From Octopus sinensis (lineage: Eukaryota), in contig NC_042998.1 in the NCBI RefSeq assembly GCF_006345805.1, forward strand, positions 103,912,001 to 103,976,000: a stretch of DNA of 64,000 nucleotides. The letters run 5' to 3'. Positions 28,878-42,482 of the stretch are shown one piece after another (position 1 is the first letter of the stretch; every line of letters starts with the position of its first letter). The position numbers and the translations under genes are program-made. Under the pieces are notes generated by a model, which saw nothing but the letters and a program-made list of their open reading frames with translations, did no database searches and was not told where the DNA came from.

Positions 28878-29330
28878 TAGGCACTGGGGTGGTAAGAAGC
28901 TTTCTTCTTAACCACATAGTTCCGGGTTCAGTCCTATAGCGTGGCACCCTGGGCAAGTGTCTTCTACTTTAGCCTCGGGCCCTTGTGAATGGATTTGATA
29001 GACGGAAACTGAAAGAAGCCTGTCGTATATCTATCTATCAATCTGTCTGTCTGTCTGTTTATCTATCTATATGTATGTATGTGTATGTGTGTGTGCATGT
29101 GTATATTTGCCTGTGAGTCGGTGTTTGTTCCGCCCCCACTATCACTTAACAACCAATACTGGTGTGTTTACGTCCCCGTAACTTAGCGGTTCAGCATAAG
29201 GCACCGATAGAATAAATACTTGGCTTATAAAGGATAAATCCTGGGATTGATTTGTTCGACTAAAACACCTTAAGTTGGTGCTCCAGCATGGCCGCAATCA
29301 AATGACTGAAGTAAAAAGAATAAAAAGACA
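28878..29330 (+). mobile_element. SINE family A
   Basis: tRNA-like head (gtggtaagaagc...ccgggttcagtcc), central microsatellite, tail ggtgctccagcatggccgcaatcaaatgactgaag. Confidence 0.85.
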
Positions 29331-32300
29331 GAAAGAATATAAATTTCGAGCTACCAGTTTAACCACTTACCTGTCTAACGCATTTTCATAAATTTCTCCT
29401 AAACGCACATGCTTATTTCCACATTTTTCCACACTTATTTCCACACACTTGCTTCATATGTTCGAGTAATATAATTTTTTTTTTTCAATGAATCCCAAGT
29501 TACTCTAGAGGTTGAAGAAATTGGGAATGCGTTCCATATATACTGCATGAACACCAGAAAAATATGTCCTGTTTATCACGTGATGCACAGGCAAAGGGTT
29601 ACTGCCTTAATCAGAGGAGAAAAAAAACAATGCCCCAGACCTGTTTCTATATATTCTGAGACTATAAGACGAAGTTATCCTCAAAGTAAAGGCCATGCTC
29701 CAATGTTAGCAATATGCACTGTGGTAGTGTTAAGCCAGACGATGGCTTGAGTCAACTAGTCAAGAAGAGAAATGCTTCCTTGATAGGTTTCCACACATAT
29801 TCCTACTACTAACAAATTTCGCTAACAATACTTTGGTCGACTAGAGGCTGTAGTAGAAGAAACGTGTCTTGCAATGTAATAGAACTGAAAGTAAAACTAA
29901 ATTTGGCGAAGTGAATTCTTAACTACAAAGCCATGCATATTTTCATGCAGTTTAGGACTCAGATACCATTAAAATTGATGCGTTCGTGACATTCCTTTCG
30001 ATAAAATACCTGCAAAGAATATGTTTGGGTTATTAACAGGTCAAATGTTATTCCATATATTTGTGACTGTTCGCCATATATATCATGAAAGAAGAAATGA
30101 GTTGGTGTCTTTTACTTCTCTGCTAAAGTCTCAAATATAATAAATTCTACGTCGACTTCAGATACTCTATCTCATACCTATTTTCTTTTAACTTTACAAT
30201 CTGCTGATTACCACAAGCTTACCGATTCTAATAACAATCCTTATGTTTGTGTATGGACAATCTATATAGCTACCTATCACAGAAAATTTGTGAATACAAT
30301 AGGGTTGCAGACTAGATGATTGATGCAAAACTTTTAAGCTGAGTAGGTTCCAACTGCTTTCTTTGGACATTATCAACTTGCTTATCTAATACTCTCATCA
30401 AACTATCCAAAATATTGAATATGAATCAGAACAAGTGACCGAATAAATTATCTAATTATCTTTGTATTGGCACTTAGACACTGAGATGCTTGAAACCTCT
30501 GACTTAGAATGACACTCCTTATTTTGACATTAGAACAATCACTATCTTTAAATCGTGGAAAATTGTAACTCTAGTTATCAGAAAGTCTGGAGAAAAAACG
30601 TAATTATTATCCAGAAATGTGAAAGAGTTCAGATGCACCAAGGCTCAGTTTTATGACTTAATACATATTGTAGTAATGATAATAATTATATTAGCAAAAG
30701 GACTGCGTGATTGAATTTATTTCTTAACTATTCGTTGGACAACGTTTCAGACAAGATGCATGGAATCTGTACAACCAGATTTTACTATATTGAAAGTATT
30801 TATTAACTGAATAATTATGAATATTGAAGCATGTAAATACGAGGAAATAAAATGATTGTGATAGATGGAATATAATATTAATAAGTTGATGATTTCGATA
30901 TAAACGAGGAAAAAAGCAGTCTTCTTATTTTTCTTTTTATATATATTACCAGACGGTCTTCAAACCAATTAAGTTCTATATTTGAGCGCAGCGTTTCAAT
31001 ATTCTTTACTTTCCTCGAATCCGACTTACCTGTCTTACCTGTCTTACCTCAAATCTTACCTCGAATCTGACTTACACACCATTGTAGTTTCCATTCCCAA
31101 GAAGATCAATCCTTTTGATCTTGCCTATCGTCATCATATTGTTCTTTCCTCGTACTTCTTTGCACGGAAGCAAAACGATGCTCAAACGTACTTAGAACAA
31201 ACACAGATACCACATCTAGCCAACAGGAAACAGTAATATTGAAATACAAACAATATATTTCATTAACCGTGAGCTCTGCTAGCCCTACCTGTGCCACAGT
31301 CATTCCGTATAATTTCGCTATATAATAAATAGAACGCAAAAACGGTGCGCAACGCATCATAACAGGTTGTATTAATCTTTAGTGAACTGCCTTCTAGATG
31401 AAAAAAGAAAAAATCTAAGTCACAACAAGATTTTAAAAATCCATATACAGGCTATTATGGTATTGCACCGGTTTGCAACTATAGAATATGGCGCACTGGG
31501 CCATACTTTACGCTTGCCAACCACCAAGCATCATGCAAGGACTTTTTTGACATGGACACCAAAATAGCGTTTAGAAAGTACTGCTTCAAGAATACCTTGC
31601 GCTGAACATTTTCGAAAAATCTCAAATGTAGTACACGATGACCACTTGGAGAAATGTAGCAAAAACAGCTATCGATCAAATATACTGGCGGAAACTTACT
31701 GACTGGCATCTCCCAACATAACAAAACATATAGCTAAAAGAATGTGATAGTCACGACTGCCATGCCTTGAACTATAGGTCTGCTTCATCTGAGTTGGATA
31801 AAAACGACACTAGAACGACACTATCATTATCGTCAATGTTAATATTAACATTCCATCAAAAACTTTGATTCTTTTCCCTTCTTATGGTCAACATTACAGT
31901 TTAAATAGTAGAGCAAACCTTTAATCAAAGTCTTTCCACGTGTGTCCTTCCAGAATATTTACATATTTATAGATACATTGTCTCATGTGCTCTCCATTTA
32001 TTGACAAGTTAAGATGTGATTTAAGGGAGATTTGGCGTTATGGATTTGTTGCAGTGATCTGCAACTTCAGGCTAATAAAATACTGGTGGAGTATCAACGG
32101 CGATTCTTCTTACTATCTCGAAGCCGTCTATATTGTGCTGCGTGAAAGCAATGAAAATCATTCTCCGAACTACTTCCTTCAGATACGGATAAAGATTAAG
32201 AAAATAGGAGTAACCGCTTTTCATCGAAAATGGAAAACGAAAAAGAGAAAAAAAAACAGAAATGATTTTCAAATGGAACTGTCCAAGAACTGATTACAGC

Positions 32301-33175
32301 GTAACACAGCAGGAAAGGAAAAATTAAAGAGAAACCTTTATTTTTACTACTTGACTAGTTAAAAAATGTGAAATATATTTAACTGCTAGCATGTCCCTAA
32401 TTGACACACAGCAGTTGTAATGTTTTGTGTTTTTCAAATTATTAAATTAGCCTGCTATATCATGAGTGATAGCCATGTTCATTATTACAGACAGAGTTAA
32501 ATATTGAGACAGTTGTGGTAAAAGCAAGAGTCTGTTGCGGTCACTCTATCTAACAAATTGAAATTTCTCATTTGATCATTGTCAGTGCCTGAAATATGAT
32601 AATAAAAATGTCTGTGGTGATTGCAGCTATTATAGATAGGTTAGAGAAAGTGAGAAAAAATACTTCCCCACCACAGAACAATAAAACAAATCAAAAACAA
32701 GTATGCGTAGGGAAGACAGTAAAAGGGAATTCTTCTCATTGACGTTAGACACGTGGCCGCCTATTAAAAGAGTTTTCATCTGCACTATATTAGAATCACA
32801 AGCCTGTTCGATCCGGGCTGACCTGGGGCTAAACAACAATACAACAACTACAGCAGTGACAACAACAACACCAACAAGAGCAAATGCTCGAATCTGCATT
32901 CTATTAGTATCCTGCAGAGTTGAAACGAAGCATGTGTGACGATCACTATAGCGTTTTATATCTCATTATCAGGTCATATATACACGCGCGCACACACACC
33001 TATGCACACACATACACATACACACACATACACACACAAAGAATCAAACCAACACTAAACACACATGCACTATACAACACGCATGTACTTGCACTCATTT
33101 TAATGAGTATATGTATATGTCTGTTCGTGTGTGTGTGTGTGGTGAATGTATATATATGTATATATATATAAATAC

Positions 33176-33349
<174 letters not shown>

Positions 33350-34134
33350 ATATATCATATATTATATATATATATATATGAGAGAGAGAAAGAGGGAGAG
33401 AAACGAGGAGGAGAGAGAGAAAGTACATACGCACACGCATATACATGCATACACACACACACACGTGATATATGTGAATGTCAGTTTATGTGTGCTTGTC
33501 TATGTGAGCGGAGCAATGACCAAATCATTGAGATAAGGGGCTGCTGGCTCGTGTGTCATGAGTTATTAATTAGCGTTGCATTGTGTCCCTCGTGTCAAAT
33601 CACTTAACTTCCTTGTTCAGCTGCTTAACTACTGCCAATCATATGACGCTGCTCTCTCCTGGACACAACTAAAAGGTTAGTGAGCAATACATGTTTCCCA
33701 TTAACTGTCTAGCCTTTCTGAAGAGGGTGATGTGCCATCGTCTAGCAATACTGGTGAAATATATAGGTGTTTACATACATAAAAAAAAACATAGATACAT
33801 ACATACCCACCACGTTTACTTACACATAGGTTTCTATGTGTGTGTATGTATATGTGTGAGTGCGTGTTTCTGTATGCATGTGTGAGTGTGCGTTTGGTAT
33901 GACTACACTTGAATGTGTGATCTTTACCAACAGAATTGGCTTTTACAAATATTTAATCTCCTCTCAGTCTCGGGAAAACAGTATAAATATGAAAGGCAAC
34001 ACAAAATGGAGGAAAAATAAAATATGATTTTATACAATGTCATTCCCTAACGATTATCTCATCCGCAAACATCACACACATATGCACAGAAAAATATTAC
34101 ACACACACACATACACACACACATACATACATAC

Positions 34135-34192
<58 letters not shown>

Positions 34193-34193
34193 C

Positions 34194-34224
<31 letters not shown>

Positions 34225-34239
34225 TGTATGTATGTATGT

Positions 34240-34780
34240 ATTCAGTTTTATTTCAAGATTTCTTGCCAATAGAGAAAGAACCGGTTTCTAAACTAGATGC
34301 AAGGCTCCTTCATTGGAATTTCAACATCAACAACAGGGTATATATGCATGTATGTATGTATGTATGTATGTATGTATGTATGTATGTATGTATGTATGTA
34401 TGTATGTACGTACGTATGTATGTATGTATTCTTATGCATATAGTTGCATATGTAGATATGCACATATATATTCAAATGATAAACTTCTGGAAAGTTTAAC
34501 AATTTTTACACTTCCAGTGATGGATTGGATCTGCAATCTTCGAATTAGCTTTCTCCTTTCTGGTTTTGAGAAGCCTAATTTCTCAAGATTGGTATTTAGG
34601 CAGTGTGTTACATATCCCAGGGTCCCAATAATTACAGGTATATAAGTGAACTTGTAATTTGGATAGAGCAAACTCTGATTTCTCAATAGTTCAGGATAGG
34701 TTTTCTCTTTTTCACTGATCTTCAGCTTTACGTTAACATCCACTGGGTAGATAATTTCCAGAACAGTGTACAGTTTCTCG
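34240..34780 (-). mobile_element. 5'-truncated RLE-type non-LTR 3' end inserted in (TATG)n
   Basis: ORF 34432-34743 (EKEKTYPELLR..YIPVIIGTLG..NLEKLGFS..LIRRLQIQSITGSVKI) is homologous to ORF 18281-18625. The 3' end (aataaaactgaa, minus strand) abuts (CATA)n. Confidence 0.85.
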
Positions 34781-35044
34781 CGAATGTATGTATTTATGTA
34801 TGTATTTATGTATGTATGTATGTATGCATGTATGTATGTATGTATGTATATATATATGTATGTATGAACGAATGTATGTATGTATGTATGTATGTAGGTA
34901 GGTAGGTATGTATATGAAAGTTTGAGTTATGTGGTTGTCGGTTTATTTTAAACTGTATAATACACAGGTGTAAATACTCTGTATATACATCTATATATAG
35001 TATCTGCCTAGAAAGATTAAGAGTAATTGATAATTCATGTAGAG

Positions 35045-35296
35045 CAGTGTTTCTCCACCATTTATTTTAACTACAGGGCCCTTTGGTTCCTATTTTACTC
35101 AGATGGCACTTTATAGCTACTGCATACTTTAAAAAATCATATTTTTGTGATTAAATATTATTAGGAGTTTTATACAAAGAATTGTTAAATATTTTGTGAA
35201 CTGTAGTAGTATAACAAATTTATTGCAGACAAATTTTAGCAACAAAATCTAATATGGACCCCTAAGGGACATATTGACCCCGGTTGAGAACCACTG
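35045..35296. mobile_element. hAT (Charlie/MER5-like) MITE
   Basis: 15-bp TIRs CAGTGTTTCTCCACC / GGTTGAGAACCACTG; degenerate 8-bp flanks atgtagag / atctatac. Confidence 0.7.
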
Positions 35297-35662
35297 ATCT
35301 ATACTAAGAATTGTCAAAAATTCCCCACAATCTACAACTTATAAGCGCATTATTTTTAAGGGTTTCTGTAAACCGGATAGTCTGATTGGAATATTACAAC
35401 GCATTCTAGGCAGCTATTTATACTAAACAATTACTCTTTTGTTAAATATGTCTTGTTGCAATAGTATTCTGCACTGTTGTATATATCTATATTTTAGCTA
35501 TTGCTATATATAGCAGACAGAGTAAAGGTTACAGTGACTCTGCCGCAGAGAATAATTTTGAAGCACAAAACCAATAACGGTCCTGGCAACTATTTCTCTC
35601 TGTACTCCGTCACAAGCACATCCAGACACACGCACACATACACACGCACACACACACACACG

Positions 35663-35725
<63 letters not shown>

Positions 35726-35734
35726 CGTCATGAC

Positions 35735-36112
35735 ACTCCGTCGGTGATGACGACGAAGGTTCCACTTGATTCGATCAACGGAACAGCCCACTCGTGAAAT
35801 TAACGTGCAAGTGGCTGAGCACTCCACAGACACGTGTACCCTTAACGTAGTTCTAGGGAAGATTCAGCGTGACACAGAGTGTGACAAGGCTGGCCCTTTG
35901 AAATACAGGTACAACAGAAACAGGAGGAAAGAGTGCGAGAAACTTGTCGTGAAGGAATACAGCAGGGTTCGCCACCAGCCCTTGCCGGAGCCTTGTGGAG
36001 CTTTAGATGTTTCCGCTCAATAAGCAGTCACAACGCCCGGTCTGAGAATCGTAACAGCGATCCTATGTGCGCGAGTCCGCTGCCTTAACCACTGGGCCAT
36101 TGCGCCTCCACT
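35735..36112 (-). mobile_element. tRNA-derived SINE family C (Ceph-SINE-like)
   Basis: Minus-strand head gtggaggcgcaaTGGCCCAGTGGttaagg...GTTACGATTCtc (A/B boxes). Body homologous to 37029-37345. Confidence 0.8.
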
Positions 36113-37028
36113 ATACATATGTATACACATATATACATACAAATACAGAGTAAATTATGCAAATTGTCGCTGTCTATTACATAACGGCATTACATGAGCT
36201 AATCAATAACATTAGCTAAAATCTCGATATAAAGGATACCATAGAAAACAAATTCATCAGATGGGTATTTTGTGATCGAATTAGCGGCCGAGGATGCGTG
36301 GTAAAATACAAATTGTTCTATGGCCTCAAATCTAGTAGGCTTATAAAGTGGGGAATTTACAAGAGTTTTTAGAGAAGATGATCTTAATCTGTCTAGAAAG
36401 ACACTATATATACAGGTAGTATATTTTCATATGTGATATACAGTGTAAAGTAAAATGTGTGTGTGTATGTATGCATGTATGTATATATGTATGTATGTAT
36501 GCATAAATATAATTGTCATTAAAGGTGATTAAGGTGTTACGAAACACCGATTTTGTCTGAGAATTCTCAATACTGCCGTCAGTTTCCGCAGTTTCTGTTA
36601 CCTCGTCAATTAATCCCGCTCGATTGTTCGGCTTCTGGATCCGCTTCGTTATTGCTATTTATATTTTCGTCACCCAAATTATTGGATGATTTAGCGATTT
36701 GCTAATGCGTATACATAAAATGAATATAAACAGCAGCTTGATATTCTTTCACTTAAAAGGAGAATTATAATTGTCACTAAATGTGATTAAGGTGTTAGGA
36801 AAATCTACATTGCTAGAAATAAGAGCTAATGCGCTCTAATGCTGTAGTTTGCACATAAATGACAACATATACATTAACAGAGACCATAATCGTACGGAAA
36901 ATACCGATCGAGAATTCTTAATACTGACGTAGTTCCGGCAATTTCCGTTGCCTCATCAATTAAGCCCGCTCGATTTTTCGGCGTCTTCTGAACATATACA
37001 TACACATATACTATATGCTAACATATTT

Positions 37029-37345
37029 GTGAAGGTGCGTAGCTTAGTGGTTAGGGTATTTAGCTTGCGATCTCAACGTTGTGAGTTCGATACCTGGTGA
37101 CGCGTTGTGTCCTTGGCTAGGATTCTATTTCACGTCGCTACACTTCACTCAAGTGCCAAAAATGTGTAGTACCTGTATTTCAAAGGACCAGCCTCGTCAC
37201 ATTTTGTGTGTAACAAGGCTGAAACTCCTTGAGAACTGCGTTAAGTGCATGCGTGTCTGTGGAATGCTGATACTCTTGCACGTTAAGTTCACGTGGACCA
37301 AATTTCAGTTGGACCAAATGGAGAACTTGTCGTAACCGACGTAGT
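37029..37345 (+). mobile_element. SINE family C, older copy
   Basis: A box tagcttagtgg, B box gagttcgatacc. Body gtacctgtatttcaaagg..ccagcc..gtcaca..cttgcacgttaa is the reverse complement of 35735-35910. Confidence 0.8.
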
Positions 37346-37365
37346 TCCACACTTTTATACACATA

Positions 37366-37741
37366 CTAGCAGTATCGCCCGGCGTTGCTCGGGTTTGTAA
37401 GGGAAATAATTATATAAGCATTTTTAGAGATGTAAAGTATAATAGCCATCTCAATATGGCTAACCACAAAGGGGGAGGGGTGTTACTGTAGCTTTTTACG
37501 TTCTGAGATTTAATAATAAATTTTAGAGAGTTACTTCCCTTATATATGTCAAAAATGGATTAAAAATGGGAAAAATTGATGGTAAATTTTTTTTTAATCG
37601 TAGACTCATCGTAGACGGTTTCGATATGAATCACGACTATAAGATACCCGGTTTTGGTTAAACTGCACCGCAAAATGTGGGAGTAGTTAGGAATCTAAAT
37701 CGTAGGAGACAGACACACAACCTCACTTTTATATATAAAGA
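37366..37741 (-). mobile_element. Non-autonomous Helitron
   Basis: Minus strand starts TC, ends with hairpin cccgagcaacgccggg then CTAG, and sits between A and T with no TSD. Confidence 0.8.
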
Positions 37742-37899
37742 TTTCCTCTATTTACATAATATTGAGGTCTCTTTCTTTCTTTTGTTATCTTACTGTTTTT
37801 ACCAATATACATATATATATATAAATATATATATAGTTACAGAGATGTACTTGCATAGCAAGTGACTTGATCTGAGATCGTGTGCTGGAACGAAAACAG

Positions 37900-38159
37900 T
37901 TGCAGCGTTGAAGGTGTTTATAAGCCATTTAAGAAACACACAAAAACCGTAAGATTCACTTCAACATTTAAATTTAATTTGTCAAAATATTTTCGTCGCT
38001 TTGAGACCGCGACCTGTTAGCACGATATTTTTTGTCAGTGAACAGGTCGCAGTCTCAAAGCGACGAAAATATTTTGGCAAATTAAATTTAAATGTTGAAG
38101 TGAATGTAACGGTTTTTGTGTGTTTCTTAAATGGCTTACAAACACCTTCCACGCTGCAA
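37900..38159. repeat. Long inverted repeat (arms 37900-38018 and 38041-38159, 22-nt spacer), PLE pLTR-like
   Basis: ~119-bp arms are reverse complements with a handful of mismatches; (TA)n on both outer sides. Confidence 0.92.
38031..38081 (+). ncRNA. Minimal type-I hammerhead ribozyme, G3-C8 core variant
   Basis: TTTGTCA-GTGAACA-G-GTCGC-agtctcaaa-GCGAC-GAAA-ATAT-TT-TGGCAAA: 7-bp stem I (one G-U), 5-bp stem II, palindromic stem III (AATATT). Confidence 0.72.
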
Positions 38160-38234
38160 TATATATATACACACATATATATATATGTATGTATGTATGT
38201 ATGTGTGTATATGTGTATGCATGTATGTGTGTGT

Positions 38235-38458
38235 GTGTGCGTGTCTGTGCTTGTGATTGTCCTCCACCACTGCTTGACAACGAATGTTGGTTTGTTTACA
38301 TCCCTGTCACCTAGTGGTTTGACAAAGGAAACAGATAGAATAAGTACAATGCTTACAAAAATAAAACTGGAGTTGATTCATTAAAGTACAATTCTTCAAG
38401 GCATTGCCCCAGCATGGCCACAGACCAATGGCTGGAAAAAGCAGAAGAATAAAAGAAT
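38235..38458 (+). mobile_element. SINE family A, 3' half
   Basis: gcttgacaac...gatagaataagtac...ccagcatggccacag..aagaataaaag. Confidence 0.7.
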
Positions 38459-38524
38459 ACATTCTCTGCTTTGGTCTTATGTTCAAGGCATGAGAAAGCT
38501 TGAGTTTACATGAGAAGGCCTAAC

Positions 38525-38786
38525 AGACCTGGTAGAAACAGCAGCCAAATCTCCCTCAAATCACACCTTACTGTCTTATGTATGTATATATATATGAGCC
38601 AATGAGGGGGACCTCTACATGGTAGCTAGACCTGGTAGAAATAGGAGCCAAATTTCCCCCAAATCACACCTTACTGTCTTATCTATGTATGTATGTATGA
38701 GCCTATGTGGGAGACCCCTACATGGCAGATAGACATGGTAGAAATAGCAGCCAAATCTCCCTCAAATCACACCTTACTGTCTTATC
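38525..38786 (+). repeat. Three tandem copies of a ~105-bp unit
   Basis: agacctggtagaaa.agcagccaaatctccctcaaatcacaccttactgtcttat at about 38526, 38627 and 38731. Confidence 0.85.
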
Positions 38787-38850
38787 TTTCTGCTACTTGG
38801 ATATAGGTCTTATATTCATCGTAAAAAACTTTCCTGTCACACACTCACGC

Positions 38851-38888
<38 letters not shown>

Positions 38889-38900
38889 CCTCACACACAC

Positions 38901-38936
<36 letters not shown>

Positions 38937-39723
38937 CACACACGCACGTTAGCTTACAATTTTATTTATATATTTGCGTGTCTATGTGTGGAAAAAGGAA
39001 GTGGGAGGCAGAGTGAAAGAATCACTCACTACAGTAAGTGAATTACTTTCATTTTATTCGTTGCCCACTGTGTGTGTGCGTTTGCGTGTGGTGTAAACCA
39101 GACTAAGAAAAGCATTTGACACACACACCAGAATGTGAGTTTTCTGTAAATTTTGCTTAATTGGAGTTTAAATTTTAAAAACTGGACCTGGCATGACGCG
39201 ATGCATTGTACTCTTAAAAATGCTAGGTAAATTGTAATTGAAGAAATCCTATATTGTAGATTTGTATAACTCCCAAAGGGAGGCAGATAAAATCTGCCTT
39301 TTATAATAAGAGATATACACAATTACTATGGCTGTATGCACCTATCTCCACTATCCAGCAAGAATATTGAGTGCTAATTTGAACTGAAATCTTACCAGCC
39401 TTATGCAGGAATACAACACAAATATACGAGTAAATATATACATCTACACATGGAATTGCATGAATATGTGCATACAATTAGATAGAAAGAAAGAGAGAGA
39501 GAGAGCGTTCTGTTGTATGCAAGCTGTAAGTTATTGCATGCATATTTAAATATTGTGAGAGTCATCCGTTATAAAAACCAGTAATATTTGATAAAAGCCA
39601 ACCGCGTATATATTTTGCTGGTTTTACTATCTGTCATCCGATGCAGTAACATTTCTTGAGTTTTAGGTACCTTTAAGAGTCCATTTCCTTGCAACCATTC
39701 CGTGAACTAAATTCAAAATTCCA

Positions 39724-39790
<67 letters not shown>

Positions 39791-39797
39791 ATATATA

Positions 39798-39880
<83 letters not shown>

Positions 39881-39914
39881 ATATATATATATATATATAA
39901 TATATATATATATA

Positions 39915-39948
<34 letters not shown>

Positions 39949-42126
39949 AAGTATGGTTGTTAATTCACGTGGTTGAATATACAAGGATAAAGAAAAGATG
40001 AATAAACACATTTGTTTTACACGACTAAAAAAATACTAGAATCCTCATAGCAAAAGTATTATACAATATTATACAAAATATGTTATGTAAATACATAAAT
40101 GCATAAATATGATTTATTATTTAAAAGCAAACGTGACTAACAGTATCATTAGGACGTCGGACGAAACACCTTGTGTGTTTCTTCCAGATCTTCGTGTTCT
40201 GAGTTCAAATTACATCTTTCATCCCTCCGGGATCTATAAAATAAAGAGTAATATTTAAGTACTGGGGTCGATTTAATCGACTAACACCTTTCCCCAAATC
40301 TCAGGTTTTCCAGAGCCAAGATTACGAATAATTATTACTTAAAATGTCGAGTCGCACTTAAAGCTCATTCTTTAGGTTCTTTTGCACCAGAACCCTGGCA
40401 CAATTACCTGTTAATTCTCCTTCAAGCAAGATTATGATTTTGGACAGCAATGGAAAAAATAAAAAAAAAGAGGAAAGGCTATTTTTCTGATTCCGAGATA
40501 TAGTGAATTATTAAAAATGAGATGTATGAATAATGGTTTCAAACTATTTAAAACTATCTGTATAGAGCCCCCGTCGCTTTCGGCGATGAGCCTTGCAGTT
40601 ATTCGTTAAAAATGAGATCATTTACTTATTGTATTAACAGATACGGAGCCGTGGATTGTACAGATACGTCTAACTTCGGGCAGAATCAGCATGACACAAA
40701 AAAGTGCAAAGCTGGAATTTTGAATAACAGATACAATTTATCCGATGGGCTCCCATACACTGTTAAAAGACATATGTCTAAGGCGCCTTGCTGTGGAATC
40801 GAATATGGGATTTTATCATTACGAAGTGAATTTCGTAATCACTTGACCATGCCTACGGTCATATCATACGCATGCTCACATACTTACAAATAGACACAAG
40901 TGCGTACACACGTAAGTTTTCAAATAATATAATGTGTGTGACCCTGAGTATATTTTGGATAAAGCATCCACTACCGTTCGCATGTGTGTGTGTGTCTTGT
41001 CGCTCTTTCTCTGTCCTCTCTCCCCCTCTCTCTATGTATGTATGTATGTATATGTGTGTGTGTGTTTGTGTGTGTATGTGTGTATGTATATATATATATA
41101 TATATTATATATATATATATATATTAATATTAAAACCACTCCGAAAGACAAACATATATATAAAGCGAGTCGACACATCAAAGTGGCAGCTGAATGTTAC
41201 TACTGGTTTAACCCCAGGTAGATTTTTCACCAACTGGTTATTGATGCAATATTTATATATATTGAAAGAGAGGAGAAACGGCGAAAGAATTACGAAGAGA
41301 TATAATGGTAATTCGTGTGTACACATTACAGAGGAAGAGAGGGAAAGAAAGAAAGAAAGAAAGGAGGGAAGGAAGAAACAAAGAAAGAAAGAAAGGAGGA
41401 AAGAAAGAAAGAGAGAGGGAGGAGAACGAAGCGGAGAAAGAAAGAAAGAAGAAAGAAAGAAAGAGAGAGGGAGGGAGGAGAACGAAGCGGAGAAAGAAGA
41501 AAATTTACCAAAGTTTGTCTTTCGGAGTGGTTTTAACATTAATCTCGCTTAATAAGGAAGTAATCGACCTCTGTTTCAGAGAATCACTTCCTTTGAATCT
41601 CTGATCACCTTATGCCCCTGGTACTTCCAGCTGCGGAGGTTTTGGTTATGGCAATAGATTTGTTAAATGAGTATGGAAGACTGACACGGTTTCGTTGTGA
41701 GTGTGCCGTGTAACGTAGACAAAGACATATCCATAATATAATAGCCTCAAACTAAGCTAATAGCTTCACAAAACTAATGGGTTAATTTTTCTCAAATTGC
41801 ACCGCAAATTAAACACTCCGAATAGATTTAATCATTGTTATTCTGCGTTCTCTCGCTCCCTCTCTACCTCTCACTCTCTCGCTTATTCGCTCGCTCTTTA
41901 CTTCTCCACCTCCCTTTCTCAATCACAGACAGAAAAACGTGTCATCCACACTTTACCTAACTTGCTGAAGGCACACGCCCGATGCACATCCTGCCGCGAA
42001 TACTGGAGTTCAGATGCTGTGGGATGGTACGATTGCGATGTGCCCGTGTTTAACAAACCTCTATCCTCTCTTTTCCTCCCACACTCTCTCTCTCTTTCCT
42101 CCCTCCTCTCCTCTTTCTCACTCCCC

Positions 42127-42158
<32 letters not shown>

Positions 42159-42291
42159 CTAGCAGTATGTGTATACACACACACACATATATATATGTAT
42201 GTATACACACACACTCACATATATATACTTATATGTATATTTATATATGCGTATATATATATATATATATATGGTATACGTACATGTACAT

Positions 42292-42338
<47 letters not shown>

Positions 42339-42344
42339 ATATAT

Positions 42345-42379
<35 letters not shown>

Positions 42380-42441
42380 GTATATATATATTATATGTGT
42401 GTATATATATATATGTGTGTGTGTGTATATATGTATATATA

Positions 42442-42482
<41 letters not shown>

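Noticed and set aside
31106-32293. Short complex ORFs (31106-31360, 31479-31724, 31985-32293) as exons of a second gene
   Set aside because: No recognisable domain or consistent splice frame; a BLASTX search would be needed.
34275-34325. CCAATGA...GAAACCGGTT in the RLE element 3' UTR as a hammerhead
   Set aside because: G5 missing, no stem I, and the homologous UTR at about 18310-18350 does not keep GAAA.
36040-36112. tRNA gene (also the heads at 37029 and 46222)
   Set aside because: A/B boxes are fused to SINE bodies and no full cloverleaf is visible.
38525-38786. CRISPR-like repeat-spacer array
   Set aside because: Eukaryotic context, the spacers are similar to each other, and there are no cas genes; ordinary tandem repeat.
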